Translations under genes and position numbers: made by a program
Assembly (NCBI GenBank): GCA_024278215.1
Contig: JAJRTR010000069.1
Coordinates: 1 to 33,264 of the forward strand
Direction of reading: 5' to 3'
Length of the DNA stretch: 33,264 bases
Origin: a bacterium
GTDB lineage: Bacteria > UBP15 > UBA6099 > JAJRTR01
Shown: positions 16,761-26,269 of the stretch, piece by piece
Position numbering within the stretch: position 1 is the stretch's first letter
Layout: every line of letters starts with the position of its first letter
Notes under the pieces: generated by a model
Database searches by the model: none
What the model was told of the DNA's origin: nothing
The model's input: the letters and a program-made list of their open reading frames with translations, nothing else

Positions 16761-17722
16761 CAAACGGCAATAAACGAATAAGGATACTTGTGACCGGCGG
16801 CGCGGGCGGTGTCGGCGAACTCGTGGTGCGCCGTTTCGCGGCGGAGGGACACCCGGTTCGAGTGTTCGATCTGCGCAACAAATTGACGGAAAAAGTATTC
16901 GGCGCGAGAGATGCGAATATCGAAGTCTGCTGGGGCGACATCACAGACCCCGAAAGTGTGCGAGTCGCAATGAAAGGGATCGACGAAGTGTTTCACCTTG
17001 CGGGCCTTGTGCCGCCGGCGACAGAAACCCGGCCCGAGATAGCGAGAAAAGTTAATATCGAAGGCACGCGCATAGCCGCCGAGCAAGCCCTGAAAGAAAG
17101 CGAAAACGCGGGCAAGCCGGTCATTTTTCGTTTTTCATCCACTGTGGCAGTGTTCGGCATTACGAATACCCTGGAGCCGCCGCTGCCACCGGACCAACCG
17201 GTGAATCCCTGCGACACATATTCTGAAACAAAAGTGGAAGCCGAGGAAATAGTACGAAGCTGCGGCCTGCCGTGGACTATCTATCGCTTCTCCGCCGCGC
17301 AATATATTAAAGTGCGCAAGGAAAATTTCAGCCAGATGCGCATCATCCCGCCGGATAACCGCATCGAGTTCGTGCATATCCAGGATATAGCCGATGCGTT
17401 TATAAACTCGCTGGACAATGAAGCGACACTCGGCAGCACATTCATACTCGCCGGAGGCCCGCGCTGCCGGATGCTCTATAAAGAACAGATTATGGGCGTT
17501 TTTAACCTGCTGGGTTTTCCCGAACCGGACTGGAGTAAATTCACCGACAAGCCTTTCAACCTCGACTGGTACGATACTGCCGAAGCGCAGAAAGTACTCG
17601 AATACCAGAGCCGGACTTACGATGACTACCTTGCAGATTTCAGGAAAGTCATGGGGTGGCGATATACAGCCGCCCGCTACCTGGCATCCCCGATAATGAA
17701 ATTATTCAATATCCGGCTTTAG
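16757..17722 (+). CDS. NAD-dependent epimerase/dehydratase family (extended SDR)
   Basis: ILVTGGAGGVG, VFHLAG, VN.EGT, SST, YSETK, FVHIQDIA. Confidence 0.92.
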   Translation: MTNGNKRIRILVTGGAGGVGELVVRRFAAEGHPVRVFDLRNKLTEKVFGARDANIEVCWGDITDPESVRVAMKGIDEVFHLAGLVPPATETRPEIARKVNIEGTRIAAEQALKESENAGKPVIFRFSSTVAVFGITNTLEPPLPPDQPVNPCDTYSETKVEAEEIVRSCGLPWTIYRFSAAQYIKVRKENFSQMRIIPPDNRIEFVHIQDIADAFINSLDNEATLGSTFILAGGPRCRMLYKEQIMGVFNLLGFPEPDWSKFTDKPFNLDWYDTAEAQKVLEYQSRTYDDYLADFRKVMGWRYTAARYLASPIMKLFNIRL

Positions 17723-17757
17723 CAGCCCCAATACTGCTTGCTTTAGAGCACGAAGCG

Positions 17758-17787
17758 CTTTGGAGTGCGGTGATTCATCACCGCCTT
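17758..17787 (+). repeat. REP-like hairpin TTTGGAGTGCGGTGATTCATCACCGC
   Basis: Stem GCGGTGA/TCACCGC preceded by GGAGT; single copy in the window, form typical of REP sequences. Confidence 0.5.
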
Positions 17788-17803
17788 GCCTTTCCGCCGG
17801 GAA

Positions 17804-17914
17804 TTAACCAGGATTTCTCTCAAAGAAATCCTGGAATGTTGAATCCTTTGATCTTTACCGAACTCAGTGTTCCGAATTCCGGGTTCCTGTTTGGTTCCGA
17901 ATATGCCGGGCTAA
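17804..17914. repeat. Composite element beginning with hairpin A (inverted, with a compensatory substitution)
   Basis: TTAACCAGGATTTCT-CTCAA-AGAAATCCTGG ... GCCGGGCTAA. Confidence 0.7.
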
Positions 17915-18026
17915 GATGTAAGATGTGTGCCGGACACATTATAAATATTAAATAATGCTTGAAACTGCGTTGATGTGATATGATAATTCGATAACGAATC
18001 CGCAGATTACCGGGGAGAACAAATAG

Positions 18027-21000
18027 ATGAGATCCAAAATGTACATTGTAATAACGGCAATGATCGCAAACCTGGCGTTTGCGGCATATCTCGCGCAGGC
18101 CCAGAGTTTTCCGAGCGAGATCACCCTCCAGCAATCAAACGAAAACCGATACTTTCCGCTGCACATGGGCAAATACTGGAAATGGGACATTTCGGTTCCG
18201 AAGCAGGGGATAAGAAACGCTGTTTCGGAGGAAGCGGTGGTCAAAGACCTTGGCAACGTGTTCATCAACGGCACAAGGAACTTCAGGAAGGGCAAAATCG
18301 TCTCCGCCGTCGCAACTGTGTACAGGATGCAGAGCGGGTCGGTCTTCATGACTGAGCAGAAAACAGATAACATAGGCGGCACACCTTTGCATATCACGTA
18401 TAAAGAGCCATGCCTCGTGATGCCCGACAGGCCGGTGGCGGATATGGTATGGAGTTGCGAGACTGAGCGGAAGAATGCGGAAACCGGCGCGGATGAAACT
18501 GTGTCGGACAACTTCCTTGTAGAGTCGATAGGAGATGTTAAGACAAACTCCGGCCATTACAACGAGTGTGTGAAGATAAGACAGGACAGGACAATCGCCG
18601 GAGACGGCAATGAAAGCAAGGTCTTGTTCAATAAGTGGTACTGCAAGAAGATCGGCCTGACGAAGATCGAGCGTGACGGAGTGACAGTGTTGCAGCTTGT
18701 CGAGAGTAAGGATGTCGAGGTGGAGATACAGGAAGAAGCGCCCACGGAAACAACGCCTGACGCCGCCGCACCCGCGGAAACAACGCCCGCTGCTGAAGAG
18801 TCGAAAACTCTTTCTCTCGAGGAGCAGGCTGCGATTGCCGAATCACAGAATGTGCAGCCTGAAGCGAAGCCGCTTACAGAATCGACGCCTGCCTCCGAAG
18901 AAACCACTGCATCCGAAAAAGAGGAGCCCCGGACTGGTGATAAAAACACCTATGACATAGTGAACCTGCCTCCGTATCCCGACCCGGCGGTTCCTTCGAT
19001 AGGGATTATCGGCTGGAGCGCGGATCAGAAACGTGTCGCTTATCTCGAGGTGCTGAAAAGAGGCAATAATAAGCCCGTGCGCACCGCGCTGAAAATCGTC
19101 GAAGTCGCAAACAATGATGTTGTGTGGAACTATTCGAGGCGAATGTGCGGAAATAATATCAAAGGTTGCAGCGCGGGCGACATAGTGATAAAAAGCGATG
19201 ATGTGGATTATGCGAGAGTTATCCTGCTGGAAAACCGCGACGCACTCAGGAATTTCAACATAGGAAGTGATTCCGGCTATGTTTATGTGATCCCCGAAGG
19301 AGACGCCGCCGGAAGCGAAGATAAAGACAAACAAAGTTATTTCGCGCTGGTGCTGTCACCGTCGAAACAGAGTGTTTTCACTCTGCTGCCCGGCGGCGGA
19401 AAAGTGAGCGGCGATGAACTCGAACGCGGATGGCAATATGTTGCCGGCGGTTCGGGCGCCTGGGAAAAAGAAACTGTTACGGATGTTGCGCAAGCACCTG
19501 TCGCCGTCGAAAAGCAGCCTGAAGCTTCAGCAACTCCCACGGCGGCTGTGTCCGCCGCGCCGGAAGAAACTGCGCCAACGGAGACCCCTGAAACGGCTCC
19601 GGCGGCGGAACCCGAACTCAATAAATTGGTTAAACAATCGACACCCGCACCGGAACCGACACCCACGCGGGAATCTGAACCTCAAGCGTCTCGGTCGGAA
19701 ACGGTCCAGCCCACACCCGGGAAACCGCAGGCGGCGTCTGTAGCAGTAACGAAGCCCCCTGAAAAAACAGTGGCAGAAGAAAAGACGCAAGTCACGAAAC
19801 CCGAACAGAAGGAAACAGTAAATAAAAAGAAAGAACAGTCTGAAGAACAACCTGTGTCCGCGAAGATTGTTGTCGCCGGGTCCGAATCCATGGCGGCAAC
19901 GACAGTAGGCGAAGAAGAAAAAGTGCTGCCCGTGCCTCCTTCCGATGTAAGTAGCGGCTCGGAACCGGCGGAAGATATAAAACAGGAGAAAGAAAATATC
20001 GCAACGGAACCCGCGCACAAACCAAAGAATAAGCCTGTGTCCTCATCTGTCCCAGAACCGGGAAAGAAAAATGTACCATCCTGGCAACTGAATACCGTGT
20101 CCGGGGATGAAACCGCGAGCGCCGATACCGCGTCGTGGGTAAGCAGGATAAAAACAAACTCGGACAGCGTTCCTGAGAACACGCATATATCGGCAGCGGT
20201 TCCCGCGAGTGATGAGGTCGGGCCGGCGACTTCCGGCAGGGCGCCGGTTGTTGCTGAAAAGGGACAGCCTGCAACAAAAGATGTTACGCTGGAGAAAACT
20301 GAGAAAAAACCGCCACCGCCCGAAGCTGCCGCTGTCGAAAAGGAATCGGAAGCAGCGGGACAAAAACCTGAAACGGTTCCCGCGAAAGCAGCGAAAGCAG
20401 TTGCGAAAAAGAAACCGAAAGAAATAAAATGTCCGTCAGGCATGGCGCTGATTCCGGCCGGCGAGTTCATGATGGGTTGCAGTGCAGGAGATAAAAATTG
20501 CGAAAACAGCGAGAGGCCACCACACAGGGTGAAGATATCAAAGCAATTCTGCATGGATAAATATGAAGTTACACAGGCGAAATTTCAGGAAACAGCGGGG
20601 CGTAATCCTTCCAGCAAAAAAGAATGCGGCTCGGACTGCCCGGTAGAATCCGTAACGTGGAAAGAAGCGGCGGCATACTGTGAAAAAATCGGCGGCATAC
20701 TGCCCACGGAAGCCCAGTGGGAGTATGCTGCCAGGGCAGGAAGCGTAACGAGTTTTTACTGGGGCAACGAACCTGACAAATACGGCACCCGCGCATGGAG
20801 CTGGAATAATTCCATGAAAAGCCCGCATCGCGTGGGACTCAAGGTTCCCAACGAATTCGGTTTGTATGACACAGCCGGTAATGTGTGGGAATGGACAGGT
20901 GATTGTTACGCCGAGTACGACAAATCAGGAGCGGTCCGAGTGGATCCATCCTACGATAAGAAAAACTGCGACAACAGGGTTATCAGGGGCGGCTCCTGGG

Positions 21001-21110
21001 TCAATGGAGATTACAACTATTTCAGAGTGTCGAAACGCAACAGGGAAAAACAGGATGAGGGTACGAAATATATTGGATTCAGGTGCATCGCCGCGCCGGA
21101 AACCGAGTGA
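18027..21110 (+). CDS. Large secreted protein with low-complexity stalk and C-terminal FGE/SUMF1-family domain
   Basis: Signal peptide (AQA-Q); P/T/A/E/K-rich linkers; MALIPAGEFMMG, ERPPHRV, YEVTQ, PVESVTW..A..YC, LPTEAQWEYAARAG, PN.FGLYD..GNVWEW, RVIRGGSW, IGFRC. Confidence 0.9.
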   Translation: MRSKMYIVITAMIANLAFAAYLAQAQSFPSEITLQQSNENRYFPLHMGKYWKWDISVPKQGIRNAVSEEAVVKDLGNVFINGTRNFRKGKIVSAVATVYRMQSGSVFMTEQKTDNIGGTPLHITYKEPCLVMPDRPVADMVWSCETERKNAETGADETVSDNFLVESIGDVKTNSGHYNECVKIRQDRTIAGDGNESKVLFNKWYCKKIGLTKIERDGVTVLQLVESKDVEVEIQEEAPTETTPDAAAPAETTPAAEESKTLSLEEQAAIAESQNVQPEAKPLTESTPASEETTASEKEEPRTGDKNTYDIVNLPPYPDPAVPSIGIIGWSADQKRVAYLEVLKRGNNKPVRTALKIVEVANNDVVWNYSRRMCGNNIKGCSAGDIVIKSDDVDYARVILLENRDALRNFNIGSDSGYVYVIPEGDAAGSEDKDKQSYFALVLSPSKQSVFTLLPGGGKVSGDELERGWQYVAGGSGAWEKETVTDVAQAPVAVEKQPEASATPTAAVSAAPEETAPTETPETAPAAEPELNKLVKQSTPAPEPTPTRESEPQASRSETVQPTPGKPQAASVAVTKPPEKTVAEEKTQVTKPEQKETVNKKKEQSEEQPVSAKIVVAGSESMAATTVGEEEKVLPVPPSDVSSGSEPAEDIKQEKENIATEPAHKPKNKPVSSSVPEPGKKNVPSWQLNTVSGDETASADTASWVSRIKTNSDSVPENTHISAAVPASDEVGPATSGRAPVVAEKGQPATKDVTLEKTEKKPPPPEAAAVEKESEAAGQKPETVPAKAAKAVAKKKPKEIKCPSGMALIPAGEFMMGCSAGDKNCENSERPPHRVKISKQFCMDKYEVTQAKFQETAGRNPSSKKECGSDCPVESVTWKEAAAYCEKIGGILPTEAQWEYAARAGSVTSFYWGNEPDKYGTRAWSWNNSMKSPHRVGLKVPNEFGLYDTAGNVWEWTGDCYAEYDKSGAVRVDPSYDKKNCDNRVIRGGSWVNGDYNYFRVSKRNREKQDEGTKYIGFRCIAAPETE

Positions 21111-21132
21111 TGGGCGGAATCAGGTAATAGAA

Positions 21133-24100
21133 TCAGTTGCCGATAGAGTGAAAAAAAACATCTCCCCGGCTACCGGCCTTTTCTGCGAGCTCGCGCAATC
21201 TGGCATGGTGCGTAAAGAACAGTATCTGAACCTTCTTTGAAAAATCAGCCAGCAACTCGAGTGTCGCCAGTGCCCGGTCGTCGTCGAACTGGATCAGGAT
21301 GTCGTCGACAATAAAGGGCATCGGCTCTTTTGTTTCCAGATATCTCTCGAGATATGCCATGCGCAGAGCAAGAAAAAGCTGGTCGAGAGTGCCGTCGCTC
21401 ATTCCACTTCTTTTACTCATTCCACTTTTATTACTCATTACGCCAGTTTCGATCTTTTCACCGCTACCCGAGCGGACCCCGAGCAACACCTGCTGATCGT
21501 TCATGCCGAAATCGGTGGCCAGCCCTGAAAATGAATCGAGTGTAATCGCTGAAAATATCTCACCGGCGCGTTTCAGCATCGGGCCCTGATTCTTTTCGCG
21601 AAAGTCGCGGATTTGATTTTCCAGAATTATATGTGCCAGCCGCAGTGTGACGTATCTTTCCGTGTCGGTTGCAATAATAGCGGCAAGGCTCATTCTTTTT
21701 TCGTCTTCTTCGGCAGCGGCCGCGCTTCCGTCCATTGTATTTATAATCGCCTGGATACCGCCGATACGCTTCTCGAGATTCGAGCGTTCGCCGTCATCAC
21801 CCGCGAGCGCCGCAAGTTGAGTTTTTATGTCGGCAAGGGCCGCCTCGAGCGCGTCGGCGTCCTGGCCTTCCGCCTCGGCGATTATCGCATCGAGCCCGCC
21901 GCCCGCACTCAGGTTTGTGAGTTCCCTTTCGATCCCTTCAAGTTCCTTTTTGTATTGTCTGAATTGATCCGACAACAATTCCTTATCCTGCAGTTCGTCC
22001 GCCGAATCGCATCCCGCCTGCTTGCACAGTTTTTCGAGAATCGCGGTGGCGCTCACGACTGAATTCCTCGTTTTCTCCAACTGCTGTTGCTTTTTGTCAA
22101 GTTGTTTTTCTATGCCGGATAATGTATTGAAATCATCTTTCGCTTTCTCGGCGGTTTCGGCGAGGGTGTTCACAGCCGCCTCCGTGGAATTTCCTTTGAG
22201 ATGGGGCGCTGCTTCGACAATTATTTTTTGCAGCTCTTTTTCATATTCCTGCATATAATTATCAATCGCGGTTATTTCTTCATCCGCGGCTTTCGCCTCT
22301 CTCAGTTTATTATTTATTGAATTCAGCGCGTCGATCACAGCTCCGGCGACGGACGGCTCTGTATCCGGCGACAGTCCTATTGCCGTCATTTCCGACTCCC
22401 ACTTCACCGCCCATTTCCGCAGTTCTTCTTTCAGATTCGTTTCGTCTCGTCTGGCTGCGTCGAGCTCGATTTTGTATTCCTCGATCTTCTCGGAAAGCTT
22501 TTCATGCGCTTCCCGCCTCGATTCGATGTCTTGATGTATTGATTCGGCGAAATCCAGTATTTGCGAAAGCGAATCAGATGGATCGCTTTCGCGATTGAGC
22601 TGAGCTATGCAGTCGAGCAGGTCTTTTTTCAGCAACTCGATTTTGTCTTCCAGATGTTCCAGTTCGTGTTGCTTCTCTCTTAGTTCCACTGCCTTGCCGA
22701 GGAGCGATTCGCAGCGCGACCTCCACGATCTCATCTCTCGGGGGGGCAGAGGCTCGATATTCGATTCACGCCACGTGTTTTTCCATTCGTCGTTTATTTC
22801 CCCGAACTGTTTCTCGAGTTCGGAGAGTGTTTTATTTTTCTTCGCCAACTTCCGGGCGAGACCATCCAGAGATGATTTCAGTTCTTCAAACTGCGCCACA
22901 CGGTCTGCGTCTTCGAGCAGCCTGTCGGCGATTTCGTCGGCCTCGCGCACACTTTTTTCGTATGCGGCCGCAAGGTCGAGCGGCGTGTCGTAATCTTCCG
23001 CTTCCGCAGCGATGTCGTCGCCTTCCAGCCATGTTCTTTTTATCAGTTTCCAGCCTTGCTCCCTGCGCGCGCGCTTCGAACCCAGCATGTCTTTTTTCGG
23101 CACTTTCCCGCCAGACTCCAAGTCTTCGAGCTTCTGTTCTTTGCCGGCGACATCTTTTTCTATTGTCCTTATTTCCTTTTTTATACCTTTTATCTTTGTT
23201 TCGATTTCGACCGTTTCATTCTCGAACCTGTCGATCGTTTCCGCCGAAGGGATTACCGCGCACTCGAGTTCTTCGAGCGTCCCCTGCCACAGACCCAGCC
23301 TCTGCAACTCTATTTCCGCCTGCTTCCGCGCTGCTTCGAGAGCCCCGGACTTTGTTTTGTATTCGTTTTCAATATCACCCGCTTTTAAGACACGTTTGAT
23401 AGCTTTCCCTATCTGCACCGGATCGTCGAGCGGCTCGAGTTCCGACCTCGCCGCCTCGGCGCCCTGTATTTTTTTCCGTGTGTCCCGAATCTTTCTTTCA
23501 GAATTTATAATATCGCTGTCCAGGCCGGATCGTTTGGCGGCAAGGTCCTTTATCCGCGTTCGTCCGGGCGCTGACGGCATCATCGCGCCAATATCTTCAA
23601 CAGCGCAGCCGGGTCGGATATCGTCAATAAGCAACTGCACTTCTTCTTTCAGCCGCCGCGCTTTTTCGCCGGTCGTCAATCTATTTTTTTTCCTGTTGCG
23701 GTAAACTGAAAGATCGTCTTTCAACGCGTCTATTTCCGCTTTTCTTTCCAGAATATCCACCGGAATCCTTACGCTGTTCTTCTCATCATTCAAAGCCCTG
23801 ATCTCGATCTCAAGTTCCTTACGATATTTCTCGGCGGAGCGCAATTCATGCTCAGTTTCAAGTCTGATAGTATTAAAATCATCGGGAAGAACAACAGTTC
23901 CCTCCATAGCCGCGAGTTTTTCGAGAATCTGTCTCCTTTGAGCAATTATCGGAAGCGCCGGCATGATTCTTTCCAGCCGGTTCCTTTCCTTTTCGAGCGC
24001 GTTAATTCGGGCATTCAGACGCTCGAGGTCCGACAGGGCTGCCTTCAGTTCATTGTCGCTCTCGGCCCATTCGCGGGTGGAAAGCGACAGGTTGGCGACC

Positions 24101-24684
24101 TTTTTCTTTGCATCGTTGTATTCTTTAATATTGCTGTTAAGGGACGGATTGCTGCCTTTGGGAATGAACAGTGCACGCGCCTCTTCGTTGAGACTGTTCA
24201 GAAGGGAATTGATGCCGCCCGTGCCGAGTCCGGCAGAGAAAAGAGCGCGGCCCACATCGCCGCCGCCTTCGAGTATTTCGCGGCCACCGCGCACGAGAGC
24301 CTCGTGGCCGATGCCGAAAACACGTGAAAATATCTCTTCGTTGAACCCCATAAGATATTTATTCAGCGCATCATCATCCAGCGGCTCCCCGGATGCTGAG
24401 AGCAGGGTTTTCGCACGGCCCTTGCGGCGCAGGAAGACAAGTTGCGAACCGTCCGAATGGCGCACAGTGCCGCCGACACGCAGTTTGCCGTATTCGTGAG
24501 TGAAGTTGTCGGGTGTATTGTTGGGAATGCCGAAAAACATGTTTCTTATGGCGCGCATGGCGGAGGTCTTGCCCGCTTCGTTCGGGCCATAGATGATGTG
24601 GAGCCCTTCTTTGCCGCCGGACAGGTCGAGTTCGAAATCGGTGAAAGGCCCGAATGCCTGCAAGTTGAGTTTAAGAATCTTCAT
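21133..24684 (-). CDS. yhaN: YhaN-family (AAA_27) SMC/Rad50-like ATPase
   Basis: AFGPF, YGPNEAGKT Walker A, RRKG, long coiled coil, MSDGT.DQLFLALR signature, PFIVDDILIQFDD.R, FFTHH. Confidence 0.92.
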   Translation of the reverse strand: MKILKLNLQAFGPFTDFELDLSGGKEGLHIIYGPNEAGKTSAMRAIRNMFFGIPNNTPDNFTHEYGKLRVGGTVRHSDGSQLVFLRRKGRAKTLLSASGEPLDDDALNKYLMGFNEEIFSRVFGIGHEALVRGGREILEGGGDVGRALFSAGLGTGGINSLLNSLNEEARALFIPKGSNPSLNSNIKEYNDAKKKVANLSLSTREWAESDNELKAALSDLERLNARINALEKERNRLERIMPALPIIAQRRQILEKLAAMEGTVVLPDDFNTIRLETEHELRSAEKYRKELEIEIRALNDEKNSVRIPVDILERKAEIDALKDDLSVYRNRKKNRLTTGEKARRLKEEVQLLIDDIRPGCAVEDIGAMMPSAPGRTRIKDLAAKRSGLDSDIINSERKIRDTRKKIQGAEAARSELEPLDDPVQIGKAIKRVLKAGDIENEYKTKSGALEAARKQAEIELQRLGLWQGTLEELECAVIPSAETIDRFENETVEIETKIKGIKKEIRTIEKDVAGKEQKLEDLESGGKVPKKDMLGSKRARREQGWKLIKRTWLEGDDIAAEAEDYDTPLDLAAAYEKSVREADEIADRLLEDADRVAQFEELKSSLDGLARKLAKKNKTLSELEKQFGEINDEWKNTWRESNIEPLPPREMRSWRSRCESLLGKAVELREKQHELEHLEDKIELLKKDLLDCIAQLNRESDPSDSLSQILDFAESIHQDIESRREAHEKLSEKIEEYKIELDAARRDETNLKEELRKWAVKWESEMTAIGLSPDTEPSVAGAVIDALNSINNKLREAKAADEEITAIDNYMQEYEKELQKIIVEAAPHLKGNSTEAAVNTLAETAEKAKDDFNTLSGIEKQLDKKQQQLEKTRNSVVSATAILEKLCKQAGCDSADELQDKELLSDQFRQYKKELEGIERELTNLSAGGGLDAIIAEAEGQDADALEAALADIKTQLAALAGDDGERSNLEKRIGGIQAIINTMDGSAAAAEEDEKRMSLAAIIATDTERYVTLRLAHIILENQIRDFREKNQGPMLKRAGEIFSAITLDSFSGLATDFGMNDQQVLLGVRSGSGEKIETGVMSNKSGMSKRSGMSDGTLDQLFLALRMAYLERYLETKEPMPFIVDDILIQFDDDRALATLELLADFSKKVQILFFTHHARLRELAEKAGSRGDVFFHSIGN
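21398..21439 (-). repeat. 18-bp tandem repeat in yhaN (about 2.3 units)
   Basis: ATGAGTAATAAAAGTGGA ATGAGTAAAAGAAGTGGA ATGAG on the coding strand. Confidence 0.85.
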
Positions 24685-25958
24685 TTGTCGTTATCGATCC
24701 CGAAAATGCGGGCGAGCAACAGCCGGCGCGCGTCTTCAGCGAAAGCGCGCAGTGTTTCTTTGTCGGAAAGATCAAGTTTCTCATAACCATATTTTAAATC
24801 CGCCGGAAGTTTATTGTTGAGACTCGAAATATCTTTGTTCGCCGCGAAGATTTCAAGGAGGTTATCCTCGACGGCCGACGGCTCCGTGATCGAGTGCAGC
24901 AGGTCGCCCAGCGTGCTGTCTTTTTCGAGCAGTTCGGCGGTTGTTGTTTCGGCACTCGTCCTGAATTCGACTTTTTCGATCCACACGCCGCCGATGTCTA
25001 TATCGCTACCGAGGCGGCGCACTTCGTTTATCCATCGCTCTTTCTGGGAAGCGATCCGCATGTGCGCCCTGCACGCGCCGGAAGCGACCACCCTCGCCGC
25101 GAGCGGTATGCCGTCGGCTTCGGCGATTATTTCCCTGAGCGAAGCCGCAATACGTTCGAGCGCTTCGTCCCCGTCCGCGACGCCGGTCAGGTCGGCGATG
25201 CAGCGCTCCCACCGCACCACGCTCAAGTCCCTGTGTTCAATATCAATGATTGCGCCGTCGTCCACCGACACCAGCGAGCAGCCCTTGGAGCCGGTCTCGC
25301 GGATGTGGCGGCCCTGGAGGTTGCCGGGATATACTATGGTGGTGTTTTCCGTCCTGATCTCATCTCTTTTATGGATGTGGCCGAGAGCCCAGTAGTCATA
25401 GTTTCGACCGGCAAGGTCTTCTCGAGAGCATGGAGCGTAAGGCTCGTGGCCGGGGCGTCCGTCCAGGTTGGTGTGCAGGATGCCGATGTTGAAGCAGCCC
25501 GGCACAGGTGCGGGATAATCCGGGACCGGGTTTTTAGTTACAGCTTTCTTGTTGTAGCTCCAGCCGTGCAGCGCGACGCCCGCGTCTTCCAGCACGACAG
25601 TCTCAGGTTTGCCGGTTGAAAAAGAGGTGACATTCTCCGGCAGTCTCAGTTGATGTGTAATTTTGCTTTGCGCGTCGTGGTTGCCCGTGGTGATGAAAAC
25701 CTTTATTCCGGCCTCACGCAGCCGCGACATTCCGGATGCGAAGTAAAGACCGGTGTTGTAGTCCTCCCAGTCGCCGTCGTAGAGGTCACCCGCGACAATC
25801 ACAAAAGCGACACTCTCCGCCGTCGCGAGATCGACCAGGTTGTCCAGTGCCTTCCGCGTGGCGTTGCGTATCATCTCCACCGGCGCGCCTTCGTAGCGGT
25901 CGAGGCCGCGCAGACTGCTGTCGAGGTGTATGTCCGCCGCATGAATAAATTTAAGCAC
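24681..25958 (-). CDS. yhaO: YhaO/SbcD-Mre11-like metallophosphoesterase (DNA repair exonuclease)
   Basis: FIHAADIHLD, AGDLYD, GNHD, GILHT, YAPCS, YDYWALGHIH, YPGNLQGRHIRE.G.KG; 4-nt overlap with yhaN. Confidence 0.93.
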   Translation of the reverse strand: MLKFIHAADIHLDSSLRGLDRYEGAPVEMIRNATRKALDNLVDLATAESVAFVIVAGDLYDGDWEDYNTGLYFASGMSRLREAGIKVFITTGNHDAQSKITHQLRLPENVTSFSTGKPETVVLEDAGVALHGWSYNKKAVTKNPVPDYPAPVPGCFNIGILHTNLDGRPGHEPYAPCSREDLAGRNYDYWALGHIHKRDEIRTENTTIVYPGNLQGRHIRETGSKGCSLVSVDDGAIIDIEHRDLSVVRWERCIADLTGVADGDEALERIAASLREIIAEADGIPLAARVVASGACRAHMRIASQKERWINEVRRLGSDIDIGGVWIEKVEFRTSAETTTAELLEKDSTLGDLLHSITEPSAVEDNLLEIFAANKDISSLNNKLPADLKYGYEKLDLSDKETLRAFAEDARRLLLARIFGIDNDK

Positions 25959-26106
25959 AGGTTTCCCGTTCCGGTCCTGAATATTTCAGACGTGATCAGA
26001 GTTGTAATTAATTTTATATATTTCAGAGATATTTTCCAATGGGCAGCGAATTCATTACCGCGTGTGGTTCATTTGTGAAATGAAATTGATTATCCGGTAT
26101 AATAAT

Positions 26107-26226
26107 TTAACTTGTGCGAATTCAGATATTTTGTAAGAATTTCGGGGACATGACTGGACTTTGCCCTTTAATTCCGGATCGTATCCCCAGGAAATTCTGC
26201 GCATATTTCAAGAACGCACAAGTTAA
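26107..26226 (-). mobile_element. Complete 120-bp family C MITE-like element
   Basis: Perfect 12-bp terminal inverted repeat TTAACTTGTGCG/CGCACAAGTTAA plus internal stem GAATTTCGGGGA...TCCCCAGGAAATTC. Confidence 0.85.
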
Positions 26227-26269
26227 GTAATAATTGAATGCGAAAACAGATTGAAATGGAGAAACAGAT

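Noticed and set aside
20950-21110. Diversity-generating retroelement
   Set aside because: No template repeat, reverse transcriptase or avd gene seen in the window.
21133-25958. Novel SMC-nuclease defence system
   Set aside because: Motifs and gene order match the widespread YhaO/YhaN pair with no extra effector genes.
36-26226. CRISPR array from the palindromic repeats
   Set aside because: Copies are kilobases apart and in both orientations; no regular spacers or cas genes.
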